A stretch of DNA of 64,000 bases from the NCBI GenBank assembly GCA_026016245.1, contig CP061211.1:424879-488878 (forward strand), written 5' to 3'. Origin of the DNA: Candidatus Pacearchaeota archaeon. Its GTDB lineage: Archaea; Nanobdellota; Nanobdellia; Pacearchaeales; UBA284. The notes under the pieces are model-generated. The model saw only the letters and a list, made by a program, of their open reading frames with translations, did no database searches and was not told the DNA's origin. The translations under genes were made by a program, and so were the position numbers. This document shows, piece after piece, positions 39,935 through 49,290 of this stretch. Numbering within the stretch: the first letter of the stretch is position 1; each line of letters starts with the position of its first letter.

Positions 39935-41449
39935 TTATTTGGGTTTAAGATACTGAACCAATTTAAAATCTTCTTTTGTTATTCCTTTAATCAACCACAT
40001 AACAACAAAATAGATTATAACTGCAAGCAAAATCTCAGTTATACCAAGCAGCAAATTAAGCCTGACAAAGTAATTATAAACTATCAAAAAGCCAAGCATG
40101 ATAAGGCTTGCAGCTAAAGGCTTCCATAAAGATGTTGCCCTTGGCACTATCCTTAATTTTCTTTTTGATGAAATCGCCAGAGCACCAAAATAAAAATATC
40201 TGCTAATAAAAGTGGCAAGAGCAGCTCCTATTAAACCATAAGCAGGCCCTATTGTGATAAAATAACGAATAAAGAAGTAATTTAAAACAATATTAAGCAC
40301 TGTTGCAATAACAATAATTTTTGCAGGAAATTGGGGCTTTTCTTTTGAATAAAATAAAGTGCTAAAGTATCTGCCAGTTGCTATTTCAATAATTAAAAAA
40401 GCAAGTAGAGCAGAAGCAATATAAATAGGTATTCTATATTCAGCTGGAACATAAGCAGCTCCATAAACAACTTTTAGAATCCATGGAGCAAGAGCTGCAA
40501 AACCAAAAGCGCATGGAAATGAAAAAATAGCTGAATAATGAAATGCTTTTTTAAATGCTCGCTCAAGTCTCTGGCCTTTAATTTGAGTAAAGACTGGAAG
40601 TAAAACATCAGCCATAAATATAAGCCCTGCTACAGCGCCAACAATAGCAAAAATAGCTGTATAGAAACCAACAAATTCAGAAGGAAGAAATGCTCCTAAC
40701 ATCAATCTATCTATATAAATAAAAAAAACCCCTGTTATGCTACCAATCGAAAGATAGCCAAAAAACTTGAGAAGTCTTTTTTTATCAATTTTAATCAAAG
40801 GCCCTTTCAAAAGAAAATAATAGCTTTTGCTTATAATAAAAAAACAGAGTAAGAAAGCAACAAACGCTGCTATGCTCAAAGCAATAAAAACAGAAGGAAC
40901 ACTTTTTATTGTGACAAGAAATGCTATAACAAGACCTATTCTAGTTATCTGAAAAATTATTTCTTTTACAGCTACAAGTTTTACTTTTTGGATTGCATAA
41001 AATAGTGAAGAAAAGAAACCAAGCAATGCAGTAGCAAAAAGATATACTGAGCCTATTTGTAAAGGCAAGATTAGAGCTTCTTTATGAAAAGCATATAATG
41101 AAAGAGGTCTTGCAATCAAAAATAGTGCGAGGGCAAAAGCTCCAGCAATCAATAGTTTAAAATTCAGCAAAAATCTTGTATAAGATCTAGCTTTAGTTTT
41201 TTGCTTTTTGCCAAGAGCCTCTGAAGTGTATCTTATTAAAGTGGAATTAATACCAAGGTCCGCAAAGGTTATTAAAATGAGAATTACAGCAAGAGCCAAG
41301 GAATAAATACCAAAAAGTTCTGGAAAGAGCATTCTTGCTACAATAATTGTGAAGATGAATCCACCTAACTTTGCAATGGCAGTTGCAGTAATTTGATAAA
41401 GAGAATTACGCAAGACTTTTTGTGTAAGGCTTGGCTTTTTTGGTTTCAT
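39935..41449 (-). CDS. polysaccharide biosynthesis / flippase family membrane protein (MOP superfamily)
   Basis: 504-aa polytopic membrane protein. Confidence 0.5.
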   Translation of the reverse strand: MKPKKPSLTQKVLRNSLYQITATAIAKLGGFIFTIIVARMLFPELFGIYSLALAVILILITFADLGINSTLIRYTSEALGKKQKTKARSYTRFLLNFKLLIAGAFALALFLIARPLSLYAFHKEALILPLQIGSVYLFATALLGFFSSLFYAIQKVKLVAVKEIIFQITRIGLVIAFLVTIKSVPSVFIALSIAAFVAFLLCFFIISKSYYFLLKGPLIKIDKKRLLKFFGYLSIGSITGVFFIYIDRLMLGAFLPSEFVGFYTAIFAIVGAVAGLIFMADVLLPVFTQIKGQRLERAFKKAFHYSAIFSFPCAFGFAALAPWILKVVYGAAYVPAEYRIPIYIASALLAFLIIEIATGRYFSTLFYSKEKPQFPAKIIVIATVLNIVLNYFFIRYFITIGPAYGLIGAALATFISRYFYFGALAISSKRKLRIVPRATSLWKPLAASLIMLGFLIVYNYFVRLNLLLGITEILLAVIIYFVVMWLIKGITKEDFKLVQYLKPK

Positions 41450-41862
41450 TTTTTAGTTATATACCAAATTAAAGAAGGGGCTTTTATATATTTTTTATGT
41501 TTCTGGAATAGACCACAGATTATATCTATAACATCATGAAATAGACAGCCAAAGAAAATTGGCCAGAAAAAGTTAAGAAATAAAGATAAGATTAAGAGCA
41601 GAAGGAAAAATTCAATTGTATGGAAAATAAATAATAAAGTCTTGGGTTTTTTGATTCTTGCTCTATTTAATTCATATCTAAAATATTTATATGTTTTTCC
41701 TAAATTAAAATTTTTCTTTTTTATTATATAGAAAAAATAATGATCTATGTCAATTAAAATTGAAGCTAAAAAGAAAAGAAGGATAAATAAAAAGTCAAAA
41801 TTAAGAAGATATAAAATTATTGTTAAAATTATAGAAAAGATTATATGATATTTAGGAAGCAT
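41446..41862 (-). CDS. small membrane protein (possible membrane-bound hydrolase-like)
   Basis: 138-aa hydrophobic ORF with DIDHY / HDVID motifs. Confidence 0.3.
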   Translation of the reverse strand: MLPKYHIIFSIILTIILYLLNFDFLFILLFFLASILIDIDHYFFYIIKKKNFNLGKTYKYFRYELNRARIKKPKTLLFIFHTIEFFLLLLILSLFLNFFWPIFFGCLFHDVIDIICGLFQKHKKYIKAPSLIWYITKK

Positions 41863-41882
41863 TTTTATTTATTAATTTATTT

Positions 41883-43475
41883 TTATTCTTTAGTTATTTT
41901 TCTAAGAATATCTGCAAAAGCTGGGCGAGTTATGAAAACACCAACTGTTATTCCAAGTAATGTAGTTACAACAAAACCTCGCAATAGGCCTGCTCCTGCT
42001 GACCATAATGGCAAGAGTGCTAGAGCTGTTGTTGCATAAGCAGCGAAAATCATGAAGAATGCTCTTTTGATTCGCTCCTTGATACTGAACTGTTTTGATA
42101 CTCTTGTCTCATCTATCATAATAATCTGATCATCAACCCCTGTTCCTAAAGCAGCTATAATTCCTGCTATAGATGCTAAATCAAGATTCCATTTGATTAC
42201 TGCTGCTATTGCCAATACAAGAAGAGCTTCTGAGATTAAGGTTATTATAACAGGGAGGACAAGTATAAATTTTCTATATCTCAAATAAATAATTAGACAA
42301 ACAGCTAAAAAAACCGCTATAGCAACAATAAAAACATTTTTTGTAAACTCTCTGCCTAATAGAGGAGAGACAGAATCTAATTTTACTATCTCTAATTTGA
42401 ATGGTAAAGATCCTGTGATTAAAACTGTCTGTAGTTTCTTCATATTATCTTGAGCTGCTTCATAAGCTTGAGCTCTTGTTTCTCCTACACCGCTTCCTGT
42501 TATTGCAATCCTTGTAGTTTCCTGTCCTTTTAAGCCTGCATCTATTAGTAAAGTATCAACAAGATTGTCATCCAAGTAAAGATCAAGAGTCTCATTCAGA
42601 TAACGTTCTCCATCAGATACATTTTCTTCTAATCCTGCTGTGAGTTCAGCATGTTTTTTTGCAGCTTGCTCTGAAAGATGAATTTCAAAATGGAACCTAC
42701 ATGCCTGGCCGCCTTCTATTTCTCCGCATTGTTCTATGTAAGCACAAGAAGCATCATTTCTACAAACAAAAGTAATATCATTCTGGCCGCCTACAAAAAC
42801 TGTCTTATTACCTATCCTAGCCTCAAACTTTCCTTGTTTTCCTATTAAATCTTGCAATTCTTGTGGTGTGGCTCCTGCCAGTTCGACCATCATAAATCTT
42901 TCTCCAGCTAGATCAGAGACTTCCTTTACATTAATATCAGTTAAACCATAAACATTCAAACGATAGCGGACAGTTTCAAGAAGACTGGCCATTTCTTGGG
43001 CATTAAGAGACCTTTCAGGCTTAACTAAAGCACGAGCGCCTCCTTGCAAGTCAAGTCCCATCTTTAATCTTGTTATGGATATCTCAGAGACTGTGATGCC
43101 AGTATCAGAAGTTGTAAGGAAAACATATTCTTGCTTGTCTGTTAGTATAGTTATTTTCTCTTTTTGCTCCTCTTCATTCCCATTTTTAGTTTTATTAGTA
43201 GTTTCATTAGTCTTATTCTGATTAGGAGGCTTAGGTTCAGGAGCTGCAGGGAGATATGCTACAGCTTCACAATAATCTTCTATGCTATTTATCTGCTTGC
43301 CATTTATTTCTTTAATGATTTCCCCAATTGCTATGCCTGCTTCTGCTGCAGTTGAATTTGCTTGAATCCCTTTGATAATAACTTTTCCAGAAAAGTATTG
43401 CCAATTTATTATGAAGAGAATTGCTACTATGAATAAAATAATTAGCAACCAGATTCTCCAACCTATTTTTACCAT
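41883..43475 (-). CDS. secD: protein-export membrane protein SecD with PDZ-like insert
   Basis: C-terminal 6-TM SecD/SecF domain; N-terminal GKVIIKGIQANSTAAEAGIAIGEIIKEINGKQINSIEDY PDZ-like segment. Confidence 0.75.
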   Translation of the reverse strand: MVKIGWRIWLLIILFIVAILFIINWQYFSGKVIIKGIQANSTAAEAGIAIGEIIKEINGKQINSIEDYCEAVAYLPAAPEPKPPNQNKTNETTNKTKNGNEEEQKEKITILTDKQEYVFLTTSDTGITVSEISITRLKMGLDLQGGARALVKPERSLNAQEMASLLETVRYRLNVYGLTDINVKEVSDLAGERFMMVELAGATPQELQDLIGKQGKFEARIGNKTVFVGGQNDITFVCRNDASCAYIEQCGEIEGGQACRFHFEIHLSEQAAKKHAELTAGLEENVSDGERYLNETLDLYLDDNLVDTLLIDAGLKGQETTRIAITGSGVGETRAQAYEAAQDNMKKLQTVLITGSLPFKLEIVKLDSVSPLLGREFTKNVFIVAIAVFLAVCLIIYLRYRKFILVLPVIITLISEALLVLAIAAVIKWNLDLASIAGIIAALGTGVDDQIIMIDETRVSKQFSIKERIKRAFFMIFAAYATTALALLPLWSAGAGLLRGFVVTTLLGITVGVFITRPAFADILRKITKE

Positions 43476-43485
43476 TTTAGCTTTC

Positions 43486-44496
43486 TTAACTTATATTTTT
43501 CTTTTTGCACCACCATTTAAGTATCGAAGCATTTCCAAGCCATGTTGAGATCAGGTCAATAAAAAGCCCTGCTGACAAGATGAAGAAAATTTGTTTAAGT
43601 ACAGAGGATTGGGCTACAAAAAATCCTATAAGAACAGCAATTAAAGAGGTTATTGTCATTGTCAAGCCTGTACGAGCTGCTGATTTTATTCTATTGTTTA
43701 GCTCTCCCTCTCCTCTTCTCTTGATAAGTTTTGTTGTTAACATTACATCTGTATCAACACTATAACCAACAAGCATTAAGAAAGCTGCTATGCCTGCTGT
43801 TGATATATGAAATCCAAATAAATTAGCTATGGTTAAAGCTCCTACAATATCCATGACTGCAGCAAGTATTACAGCTAATGAAGGAACAATTTTTCTAAAA
43901 ATAATGAAAACAACTAGGCCCATGATTACAAATGCTATAGCCAAAGCAATAATCATCTGTTTGTAGAAACTCTCACTTAAACTAGCTCCACTTATCTCTA
44001 GACTTGAATTTGAACTATCTAATTGATAACCTAGAAATTCTTCAAGAGAGCTGGTTGCAGTTTCAGAATCAGATTTTGTCTCAACTACAATACCTATCTG
44101 CTTTCTTGTTGTTATATCCTCTAATTTCCTTACATTAATATCTTCTAGCTTGCTTGCCAAAGTATTTTCCATATTCTGGAGATCAATCTCTTCTTCAGTA
44201 TAGATTGTAATGACTGTTCCTCCTGTCAAAGTCACATCTTTAAACATAATATCACCATGTTGGGCATAAAAAAAGCCAACATAAGCAAAACAAGCAATAA
44301 GAATGATAATAGATATTAGAAGAAGTTTTTTATAATTCTTGTCATACCATTCAGAACCACTAAGCTTTGGTTTTTTAGGTTTTTCTTCTTTCTCTATTTT
44401 CTTTTCTAGCTCTTGTTTTGGTTTTTCTTCCTTTTTCTCTTCTTTTATCTCTGGTTTCCCTTCCCTTCTCTCCTCTGGTTTTTCTTCCTCGTTCAT
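43486..44496 (-). CDS. secF: protein-export membrane protein SecF
   Basis: C-terminal 6-TM SecD/SecF domain, directly upstream of secD. Confidence 0.75.
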   Translation of the reverse strand: MNEEEKPEERREGKPEIKEEKKEEKPKQELEKKIEKEEKPKKPKLSGSEWYDKNYKKLLLISIIILIACFAYVGFFYAQHGDIMFKDVTLTGGTVITIYTEEEIDLQNMENTLASKLEDINVRKLEDITTRKQIGIVVETKSDSETATSSLEEFLGYQLDSSNSSLEISGASLSESFYKQMIIALAIAFVIMGLVVFIIFRKIVPSLAVILAAVMDIVGALTIANLFGFHISTAGIAAFLMLVGYSVDTDVMLTTKLIKRRGEGELNNRIKSAARTGLTMTITSLIAVLIGFFVAQSSVLKQIFFILSAGLFIDLISTWLGNASILKWWCKKKNIS

Positions 44497-44570
44497 TTTA
44501 ATGTTTAGGTATTTTAATTTAAAAACTTTCTCACTAAGATTTTTAAAGAAAATTTTCCTGTTATTTATAG

Positions 44571-44687
44571 GCGCCAGTAGTCTAATGGTAGGACATTAGC
44601 CTTCCAAATAAGGGCAAGCCCTTATCAACCCAAATGCTTACCTAATAAAGAAAGCTAATGATCTGGGTTCGAGTCCCGGCTGGCGCA
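44571..44687 (+). tRNA. intron-containing tRNA, most likely tRNA-Gly (anticodon UCC); ~45-nt intron at 37/38
   Basis: Acceptor GCGCCAG/CUGGCGC; anticodon stem UUAGC (44596-44600) pairs with GCUAA (44654-44658); loop CUUCCA+A; intron ~44608-44652 with internal hairpin. Confidence 0.7.
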
Positions 44688-44742
44688 TATTTTTCTATAG
44701 TCTTTTCGATAATCTTAAATATAAATTATTCATTCTGATATT

Positions 44743-45969
44743 ATGGTTTTTAATTTTTTAAAACGCAAGAAAGAAAAAAAAGAAATTACTTTCCCTGAAC
44801 TAGAAAAATGGTTAGACGAAGATGGAAATGTTATAGATATTTTAAACAAATTTAAACAAAAAACTGAAACATACTTTGAACAGATAAATGAAGCTCTTAA
44901 TAGAATAAAGGAAAATTTAATAGCATTAAAATCAGTAAAGCTTACCGATAGAAAAGTTAATGAAAGAATTAAATTGATGGTATTACAGAATAGAGATGTT
45001 TATGTTAAATATCTTGAAAAATTAATAGCTGCTATTGAAAAGCAGACAGAAAAAAGTAATAGTTTAAAGGAAATTGAAGATTTTGTTGTTTTTACTTCCA
45101 CACAACTTGATAACTTTTCAAAACAGAGTTTTAGGAATTTTCACATAATGACAGAACTCATAGGTAAAGAATCAGAAATTATTGTTAGGGACATAAAAAA
45201 AATCAACAATGTAATTAACAAACTACAAAAAATTGATAAGAAGGAAATCAAAGTGATTGAAGATATTAAAGAAAATATAAAAGATATCAACAGAAAAAAA
45301 GAGAGAAATCAAAGCTTAATAATAAATCTTGAAAAAAATCAAAAAAAGATAGCTGATATTAATGATAAGATAAAAGATGCTGAAAAAAAGAATGAAAAAA
45401 TCAAAAAAAGTGATGATTGGAAAAAAAGAGAGATGCTAGCAGAGAAAGTTAGTTTATTAAAAAAAGAGCTTGCTAAAAATGATGTTGAAGCAAAAGCGCT
45501 TTTCTTGTCAATAGAAAAAGCAATTAAAAAATATGCTTGGAAAGAGAAAGATAAAAAATTACTTGATTACATTAAAAATCCGATTGCAAGACTTAAAGAA
45601 GATAAGGAACTTAAAATAGTTCGTACCTTAGAAGAGATTGAAACAGATATAAAAGAAGGTAGTATAAAACTTGATAAAAGAACAGAATCTAGAATATTAA
45701 AAAATATTAAGGTTCTTAGTAAGGAAAAATTGAACGAATTCTTAAATAAAAAAGAAGAATTAAAACAGAATATTCAAAAATTTAGTGTAGAGGTTGATAG
45801 TATTAAAATTGTGTTTATAAGTTTAACAGAACTAAATAATAAAAAAGATGAAATTACCCAAGAAATTCTGAAACTTGAAAAAATGAAAAAAGATTTTGAG
45901 CAAGAAATAATTAACAGAAAAAATGAAATTAAAGTTATTATAGAAACTATCGGTGGGAATCTAAAATGA
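44743..45969 (+). CDS. K/E-rich coiled-coil protein, function unknown
   Basis: 408-aa highly charged heptad-like sequence. Confidence 0.4.
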   Translation: MVFNFLKRKKEKKEITFPELEKWLDEDGNVIDILNKFKQKTETYFEQINEALNRIKENLIALKSVKLTDRKVNERIKLMVLQNRDVYVKYLEKLIAAIEKQTEKSNSLKEIEDFVVFTSTQLDNFSKQSFRNFHIMTELIGKESEIIVRDIKKINNVINKLQKIDKKEIKVIEDIKENIKDINRKKERNQSLIINLEKNQKKIADINDKIKDAEKKNEKIKKSDDWKKREMLAEKVSLLKKELAKNDVEAKALFLSIEKAIKKYAWKEKDKKLLDYIKNPIARLKEDKELKIVRTLEEIETDIKEGSIKLDKRTESRILKNIKVLSKEKLNEFLNKKEELKQNIQKFSVEVDSIKIVFISLTELNNKKDEITQEILKLEKMKKDFEQEIINRKNEIKVIIETIGGNLK

Positions 45970-46442
45970 AAATATCAATAAGAAAGGGGTTTGGTTTTGG
46001 GCTTACTTCTGGAATCATCACCACTCTTGGCTTGATTGTGGGGCTATATTCAGGAACTCACTCTAAACTGATTGTTTTAAGTGGAATCTTAGTCATAGCA
46101 ATAGCTGATGCCTTCTCAGATTCTTTAGGCATTCATATTTCTGAAGAAGCAGGAAGTAAAACTACTACAACAAAGGAAATTTGGGAAAGCACTTTTTCCA
46201 CTTTCTTGTTCAAACTTCTTTTTGCTTTAATTTTTATTATTCCAATCTTACTTTTAGAATTGCAGACAGCGATAATTGCTAGTGTTATTATTGGTCTATT
46301 TCTTATCTCTGTCTTTAGTTATTATGTGGCCAAGAGCAAAAAATTAAATTCCACCAAAGCAGTAGTTGAGCATTTGATTATAGCTATAGCTGTGATAGTA
46401 ATAACTCATTTTATTGGAGATTTGGCCTCAAAAATTATTTAG
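45966..46442 (+). CDS. VIT1/CCC1-like small membrane protein
   Basis: GFGFGLTSGIITTLGLIVGL pattern. Confidence 0.45.
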   Translation: MKISIRKGFGFGLTSGIITTLGLIVGLYSGTHSKLIVLSGILVIAIADAFSDSLGIHISEEAGSKTTTTKEIWESTFSTFLFKLLFALIFIIPILLLELQTAIIASVIIGLFLISVFSYYVAKSKKLNSTKAVVEHLIIAIAVIVITHFIGDLASKII

Positions 46443-46453
46443 AACTCTGGAAA

Positions 46454-46699
46454 TTAATATCTAATTTCTAAATTTCTTGATTTTGCTTCCCTGATTAATG
46501 AAGAAGGACATCTCCTGTTAGAAAAAGCACATACCAAACAACATTTCGCTTGTGGGGTTTCTACTTTTTTCTTACATTTTTTGCATTCGATAGAATAAAT
46601 TCCTTTTTCTGAGGAAACATAAATCCGATTGCCTTTTCCACAAAAAGGGCATTTTATCGTTACTGTTTTTGGTATTTTCATAATTCTTTTTCTAGCCAT
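46454..46699 (-). CDS. zinc-ribbon protein (possible Elf1-like)
   Basis: Basic N-terminus then CPFC-x19-CKKC; start taken at internal Met (MARKRIM) so the gene does not overlap tRNA-Arg. Confidence 0.4.
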   Translation of the reverse strand: MARKRIMKIPKTVTIKCPFCGKGNRIYVSSEKGIYSIECKKCKKKVETPQAKCCLVCAFSNRRCPSSLIREAKSRNLEIRY

Positions 46700-46714
46700 T
46701 TTGAAATTAAAAAA

Positions 46715-46788
46715 CGCTCCCGGTGGGAGTTGAACCCACAACCTACAGCTTAGGAGGCTGTCGCGCTATCCAATTGCGCCACGGGAGC
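46715..46788 (-). tRNA. tRNA-Arg (anticodon CCU)
   Basis: Anticodon stem ACAGC/GCUGU, loop CUCCUAA. Confidence 0.85.
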
Positions 46789-46789
46789 A

Positions 46790-46873
46790 TGCGGGAGACA
46801 GGATTCGAACCTGCGTAGGCACTAAGCCAATGGATCTTGAGTCCATCCCGTTTGACCACTCCGGCACTCCCGC
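46790..46873 (-). tRNA. tRNA-Leu (anticodon CAA)
   Basis: Anticodon stem AUGGA/UCCAU, loop CUCAAGA; long variable arm. Confidence 0.85.
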
Positions 46874-47063
46874 ATAATAGAATTAGTTATTCTTTACTTA
46901 TAAAATTTTAGAAACAGTTATAGAAGGTAGAAAGGATCTAGGTAATCTTCCGAAGAAGATATTAAGTAAGCACCGAAGTGCCATACTGCAAATCCTAGAT
47001 TATCCCCACCTTCTCTTCTTGTGGGAGTTTTTATTTATTTAAAATTTTTGGTATTAGAAAAGA

Positions 47064-47071
47064 TTTAAAAG
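47064..47071 (+). promoter_or_regulatory. candidate TATA box upstream of 5S rRNA
   Basis: atttaaaa about 22-29 nt upstream of the inferred 5S 5' end. Confidence 0.2.
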
Positions 47072-47092
47072 TCTTTTTTGGTTTATATTTAT

Positions 47093-47204
<112 letters not shown>

Positions 47205-47223
47205 TTTTCTTTAATATGATAAA

Positions 47224-47523
47224 ATGAGAAAAGAAGCTGATAAATTAATTCTTGATAATATTTGGAAGTTATTCATGTTCGCAAAAAAAGAGTCTAAAAA
47301 AAGACCAAAGCTTGCAAAAAAATATGTTATGATGGTAAGGAAGCTAGCTAAAAGAAGTAATATTTCTTTGAGAAAGTATAGGAGAAAATTTTGCCATAAA
47401 TGTAATGCTTATTTTGTTCCTGGCAAAAATATCAAAATTAGAATATCTAAAGGTAAGGTTTCTGTGAAATGTCTTGAATGCGGTCATTATTCTAGATATG
47501 TTTTGAAAGGAGGTATAAAATAG
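47224..47523 (+). CDS. rnp4: RNase P protein subunit Rpr2/Rpp21
   Basis: LAKKYVMMVRKLAKRSNISL...FCHKCNAYFVPGKN...VKCLECGH zinc ribbon. Confidence 0.75.
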   Translation: MRKEADKLILDNIWKLFMFAKKESKKRPKLAKKYVMMVRKLAKRSNISLRKYRRKFCHKCNAYFVPGKNIKIRISKGKVSVKCLECGHYSRYVLKGGIK

Positions 47524-47524
47524 A

Positions 47525-47683
47525 ATGGCTTTTTTAAGCGTGGGTATCTCAGGACTTATTTTAGGAATACTTGCCATTATCTTTGGTATATTGGTTTTGA
47601 CTTTTCCTAAAATATTGAGGTATTTAGTTGGATTTTATTTTGTAATAGTAGGTATTATTGCAGTAATTAATGCTGTGTTGTAA
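47525..47683 (+). CDS. small membrane protein (52 aa)
   Basis: Manual translation MAFLSVGISGLILGILAIIFGILVLTFPKILRYLVGFYFVIVGIIAVINAVL; two predicted TM helices. Confidence 0.35.
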   Translation: MAFLSVGISGLILGILAIIFGILVLTFPKILRYLVGFYFVIVGIIAVINAVL

Positions 47684-47689
47684 AAAGAA

Positions 47690-47887
47690 TTAGAATTTTT
47701 TGAATTTGCTTGTTAGCTCTAGCAAATCAACATGTCCTAAAAATATTGCCCTACAGCAATATCTTTCTAATCCTAGATCATCTAGCACTTTTTTAGGATC
47801 TTCACCTCTTGACACTCTTTCTTTGAATTTTTTCCATAAATGTGCTATAGGCTTACCACATGAAAAACATCTTATTGGGATTATCAT
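47690..47887 (-). CDS. rpoN: DNA-directed RNA polymerase subunit N (Rpo10)
   Basis: [18 protein letters not shown]...[18 protein letters not shown]. Confidence 0.9.
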   Translation of the reverse strand: MIIPIRCFSCGKPIAHLWKKFKERVSRGEDPKKVLDDLGLERYCCRAIFLGHVDLLELTSKFKKF

Positions 47888-47929
47888 CTTATTCTTTATG
47901 TTTGTTCTTAATGATTTTTATTTTTAAAT

Positions 47930-48370
47930 TTATCTATAGGATTTTTGTCTTTTTCTCCTAGCTTTGCTGTCCCCTGGCTTATACATCTCCTTATGTCTGG
48001 TATCAGCAATAAGCAAAGATCTGTCATAATTTAGGAATGCCTTTTTTAGCTCCTGATTTTTTGTGAAAACTACCAAAGCGCGTGCTATAGCCAGCCTAGA
48101 AGCCTCTACCTGGCTTTCTACTCCGCCACCCCTCACTGCTACTTCAATATCTATCTCTTTCAGCTCTTCTTTAAGTATGTTTTCTGCTATCATTAATGGC
48201 TCTTTTAAAATTAAGTTTTGGAATTTAGTAAAGAGATCTATTGGTTTTTGATTTATCCTAATTATGCCTGTTCCTGGCTTGATTGTTGCTCTAGCAACAC
48301 TTCTCTTACGCATGCCACTAACCACTATTATTTTTGGTTTCTTTTCTTTTGTTTTGGATTTTCTTGGCAT
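47930..48370 (-). CDS. rps9: 30S ribosomal protein S9
   Basis: ...GKRKRSVARATIKPGTG... C-terminal RRKRQKSYR. Confidence 0.9.
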   Translation of the reverse strand: MPRKSKTKEKKPKIIVVSGMRKRSVARATIKPGTGIIRINQKPIDLFTKFQNLILKEPLMIAENILKEELKEIDIEVAVRGGGVESQVEASRLAIARALVVFTKNQELKKAFLNYDRSLLIADTRHKEMYKPGDSKARRKRQKSYR

Positions 48371-48377
48371 TTTTATT

Positions 48378-48800
48378 TTATTTTTGTCTTATTAATTCAC
48401 TTAATCTGCCTAGTGTGATAAAATTTAATGCTTCTCTCTTGAATACAGATATTTTTTCATCATTAGTGTATTTTTCAGGCATCCCTTCATAACACTTGAC
48501 ACGTTTGAAAGCCTCTCTTCCTTTTGTTTTTTTCCAGCCTATCATTCCTCTTATAGCTCTCCTTAACATTGCCTCTGATTTTCTGGGAAAAAGAGGCCCT
48601 TTTTGTACTCCTCTACCAAGCCTAAATTTCTTTAGATAGCTTTCTAGTATTTGTTTTGGTCTTCCGATGATTATTGCCTCTTCACTATTAACTATAATGA
48701 TAAAATTGCCCTGCAAAGCTTTTTTAGCAGCAAAACTAGAAAGCCTGCCAACTACAGCTCCTTTTGCGTCAATAATAATTTCTTTTATTTTTTCTTTCAT
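48378..48800 (-). CDS. rpl13: 50S ribosomal protein L13
   Basis: IIDAKGAVVGRLSSFAAKKAL... Confidence 0.9.
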   Translation of the reverse strand: MKEKIKEIIIDAKGAVVGRLSSFAAKKALQGNFIIIVNSEEAIIIGRPKQILESYLKKFRLGRGVQKGPLFPRKSEAMLRRAIRGMIGWKKTKGREAFKRVKCYEGMPEKYTNDEKISVFKREALNFITLGRLSELIRQK

Positions 48801-48801
48801 T

Positions 48802-49185
48802 TTATATGATTATTCTTACATTTAGTCCTTTAAATTTAGATATTTTTTCAGCCAACTCTTTTATAGATAAAAGCTCGGCTTTTTTGGTAAGTCTTTTTTT
48901 TGCTTTATCGGAAAATTTAAATGCAGCTATGATCAATTTGTGATTTAAAGTGCCTCTACTTAATATTTTTCCTGGAACAATCACAACTTCATCTCCTTCA
49001 GTCAGCTTGTTTATTTTATCTATATTAACGCTGATTGCTTTTTTTCTTGGTCTTGATAAATACTTGGCTGTTTGATGCCATAGAGGCTTTTTTTGTTTGT
49101 TTAGAAAAATAACTAAGTCTTTTACTTCAGGATCTGTTTTTTTGCTTATTCTTTTCCTTATTCTTGTTTTGCTGATTTTTTTCAT
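48802..49185 (-). CDS. rpl18e: 50S ribosomal protein L18e
   Basis: Sequence and canonical position between RpoD and L13. Confidence 0.8.
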   Translation of the reverse strand: MKKISKTRIRKRISKKTDPEVKDLVIFLNKQKKPLWHQTAKYLSRPRKKAISVNIDKINKLTEGDEVVIVPGKILSRGTLNHKLIIAAFKFSDKAKKRLTKKAELLSIKELAEKISKFKGLNVRIII

Positions 49186-49191
49186 TTTCTA

Positions 49192-49275
49192 TGCGGAAGA
49201 CAGGATTCGAACCTGCGTAGGCACTAAGCCACATGGACCTTAGCCATGCCCGTTTGACCACTCCGGCACTCCCGC
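49192..49275 (-). tRNA. tRNA-Leu with apparent anticodon AAG (A34, unusual for archaea)
   Basis: Identical to the tRNA-Leu(CAA) at 46790..46873 except one acceptor base and the anticodon stem-loop: stem CAUGG/CCAUG, loop CUAAGGU. Confidence 0.7.
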
Positions 49276-49290
49276 GCCATTATTTGCTTA

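Noticed and set aside
46454-46741. Full listed ORF extending into the tRNA-Arg gene
   Set aside because: The N-terminal 14 codons would overlap the tRNA-Arg 3' end; the internal Met (MARKRIM) start at 46699 avoids this and leaves a compact zinc-ribbon protein.
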